In this document: in pieces, positions 42,282 through 43,582 of the stretch
Layout: every line of letters begins with the position of its first letter
Numbering within the stretch: the first letter of the stretch is position 1
DNA from: Sphingomonadales bacterium
GTDB taxonomy: Bacteria > Pseudomonadota > Alphaproteobacteria > Sphingomonadales > JAKSBY01
Reading direction: 5' to 3'
Length of the DNA stretch: 43,582 nucleotides
NCBI GenBank assembly: GCA_022360855.1
Contig: JAKSBY010000290.1
Location: forward strand, 1 to 43,582
Made by a program: the position numbers and the translations under genes
Notes under the pieces: model-generated
What the model was told of the DNA's origin: nothing
The model's database searches: none
The model's input: the letters and a program-made list of their open reading frames with translations, nothing else

Positions 42282-43582
42282 AGTCGAGCTTGATGCCGAA
42301 GGTGCGCGGTTTTGTATAGGCCGTCGTGGCGCTTTGCCCCACGAAACCGGGGCTGATGAAGATGTTGTTTTTCTCGACATTGTCTTCGAGATTGGTGACG
42401 AAGGCGGTAATCGAAAGTCCGATATCGTCCAGGATATAGGTCGCCGTGATATCGGTCTTCGAGTTCGAGCCGACACTGTCGATGACCGGATGATTGTATT
42501 CGCGCAGGAACAGCTCGCTGTGCCAGGCCGTGTTGACCGACAGCACGACACTGCCCGATGATCCGACATCGAAGCCATATTGCAGCCCGGCGTTTATCGT
42601 GTGCCGGGCAACATAGGGGAGCATGTTGCCGCTCAGGTCGGTGCGGCCGAGCCCGCTGGGGTCGCCCGGATTGAACACCGGCATCGGGTCCCGCGGATCG
42701 GTGTTGAAATATTCTTTGAACTCCGCGTCGAGGAACGCATAGGTGAGCGTCAGAAGGACCGACTCAGCCACCTCGAACTGGGTGTCGATTTCGATGCCGT
42801 AGATCCGGGCCCGCGCCGCGTTGGTGGTGAACTGGCCGGGCGCACCGTCGATGAAGGCAAGCGTGGTCAGCTGCAAATCGTCGTAGTCATAGTAGAATGC
42901 ATCGACGTTGATCTGTGCCCGCCCCTCCCATGGGTTGGATTTGATACCGAGCTGATAGGCGATGACGTTTTCTTCGTCATAGGGCGCGCCGTTGGATGTG
43001 ATGTTGAAGCCTCCGGCCTTGTACCCGCTGGACACGTTTGCATAGACGAGCGTGCCGTCCTCAAAGTCGAATTCCAGACCGCCCTTCCAGGTCAGCTTCG
43101 AGAAATCGGTTTCGACGTCGACCAGGTCCGGCCGCGTTGGCAGGCCGAAATTCAAGGCGTTGAACAGGGAGCCGATCTTCTCGTCTTCGGTATAACGAAG
43201 ACCACCGGTGACCCGGAAACGATCGGTCAGCGAATAAGTCGCGGAACCGAAGCCGGCGATGGTGGATGAGTCGCCGAACTCATCGAGCAGGAAGTCGGGC
43301 AGGTTGATCACGCCACCCGGGGTGAGCCCGTTCAGGCGAACCCGGCGAAAGATAAAGGTATCCTCGGAGAAGTAGTAGGCGCCGGCGATCCATTCCAGGC
43401 GGCCACCGTTATTTGACGAGAGCCTGAACTCGAGACTCTGAGCCTCGTTTTCCTGCAGCTTGTTGAAGATGCTGACCTCCACCGGCGATCCGTCGAAGTC
43501 CTGCTGAACGTCGGTATCCTGCCAGAGCCCGCCGGCTTGCAGGAACATATCGACCGGTCCGAAGGACTTCTCCACGCGAAGA
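42271..43582 (-). CDS. TonB-dependent receptor, 3' part (5' end outside the window)
   Basis: WIAGAYYF, GGLRYTEDEK, YANVSSGYKAGGFN, YQLGIKS, NAARARIYGIE, PRTFGIKLDYGF with C-terminal F. Confidence 0.92.
   Translation of the reverse strand, partial: LRVEKSFGPVDMFLQAGGLWQDTDVQQDFDGSPVEVSIFNKLQENEAQSLEFRLSSNNGGRLEWIAGAYYFSEDTFIFRRVRLNGLTPGGVINLPDFLLDEFGDSSTIAGFGSATYSLTDRFRVTGGLRYTEDEKIGSLFNALNFGLPTRPDLVDVETDFSKLTWKGGLEFDFEDGTLVYANVSSGYKAGGFNITSNGAPYDEENVIAYQLGIKSNPWEGRAQINVDAFYYDYDDLQLTTLAFIDGAPGQFTTNAARARIYGIEIDTQFEVAESVLLTLTYAFLDAEFKEYFNTDPRDPMPVFNPGDPSGLGRTDLSGNMLPYVARHTINAGLQYGFDVGSSGSVVLSVNTAWHSELFLREYNHPVIDSVGSNSKTDITATYILDDIGLSITAFVTNLEDNVEKNNIFISPGFVGQSATTAYTKPRTFGIKLDYGF

Overview
High-GC bacterial DNA, most likely from a marine or aquatic Alphaproteobacterium (inferred from the gene families present). 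It has four blocks. (1) 1-1554: the 5' part of a secreted BNR/VPS10-type beta-propeller protein, cut by the window edge. (2) 1.8-23.4 kb: a minus-strand type I secretion locus in the order hlyB-hlyD-Sel1 lipoprotein-hlyC-[590 bp structured leader]-low-GC Cys-rich membrane protein-giant 5146-aa RTX protein. The giant protein has a low-GC N-terminal GxSxG lipase-like domain, a glycine-zipper hydrophobic region, RTX blocks, two pentraxin domains, cadherin/Ig-like repeats and a C-terminal FrpC-type self-processing-like module lacking the scissile Asp. It reads as a candidate acylated polymorphic toxin-adhesin hybrid with a cognate immunity gene, and is the best candidate here for an undescribed system. 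(3) 24.2-41.1 kb: a galactoside-utilisation locus. It holds a complete De Ley-Doudoroff pathway, GH36, GH42 and a truncated GH27 galactosidase, a Na+/sugar symporter, a TonB-dependent receptor, a DgoR-like regulator and glpD. Five copies of one palindromic operator lie in its promoter regions, which suggests galactosyl-glycerol catabolism. (4) 41.3-43.6 kb: the 3' part of a second TonB-dependent receptor coupled to a TAXI-type solute-binding protein. Two deletion scars are visible: an aminotransferase/Na-Pi cotransporter chimera and a GH27/glpD collision. No rRNA, tRNA, CRISPR array or transposase was seen. All calls come from reading motifs by eye; no database search was run.
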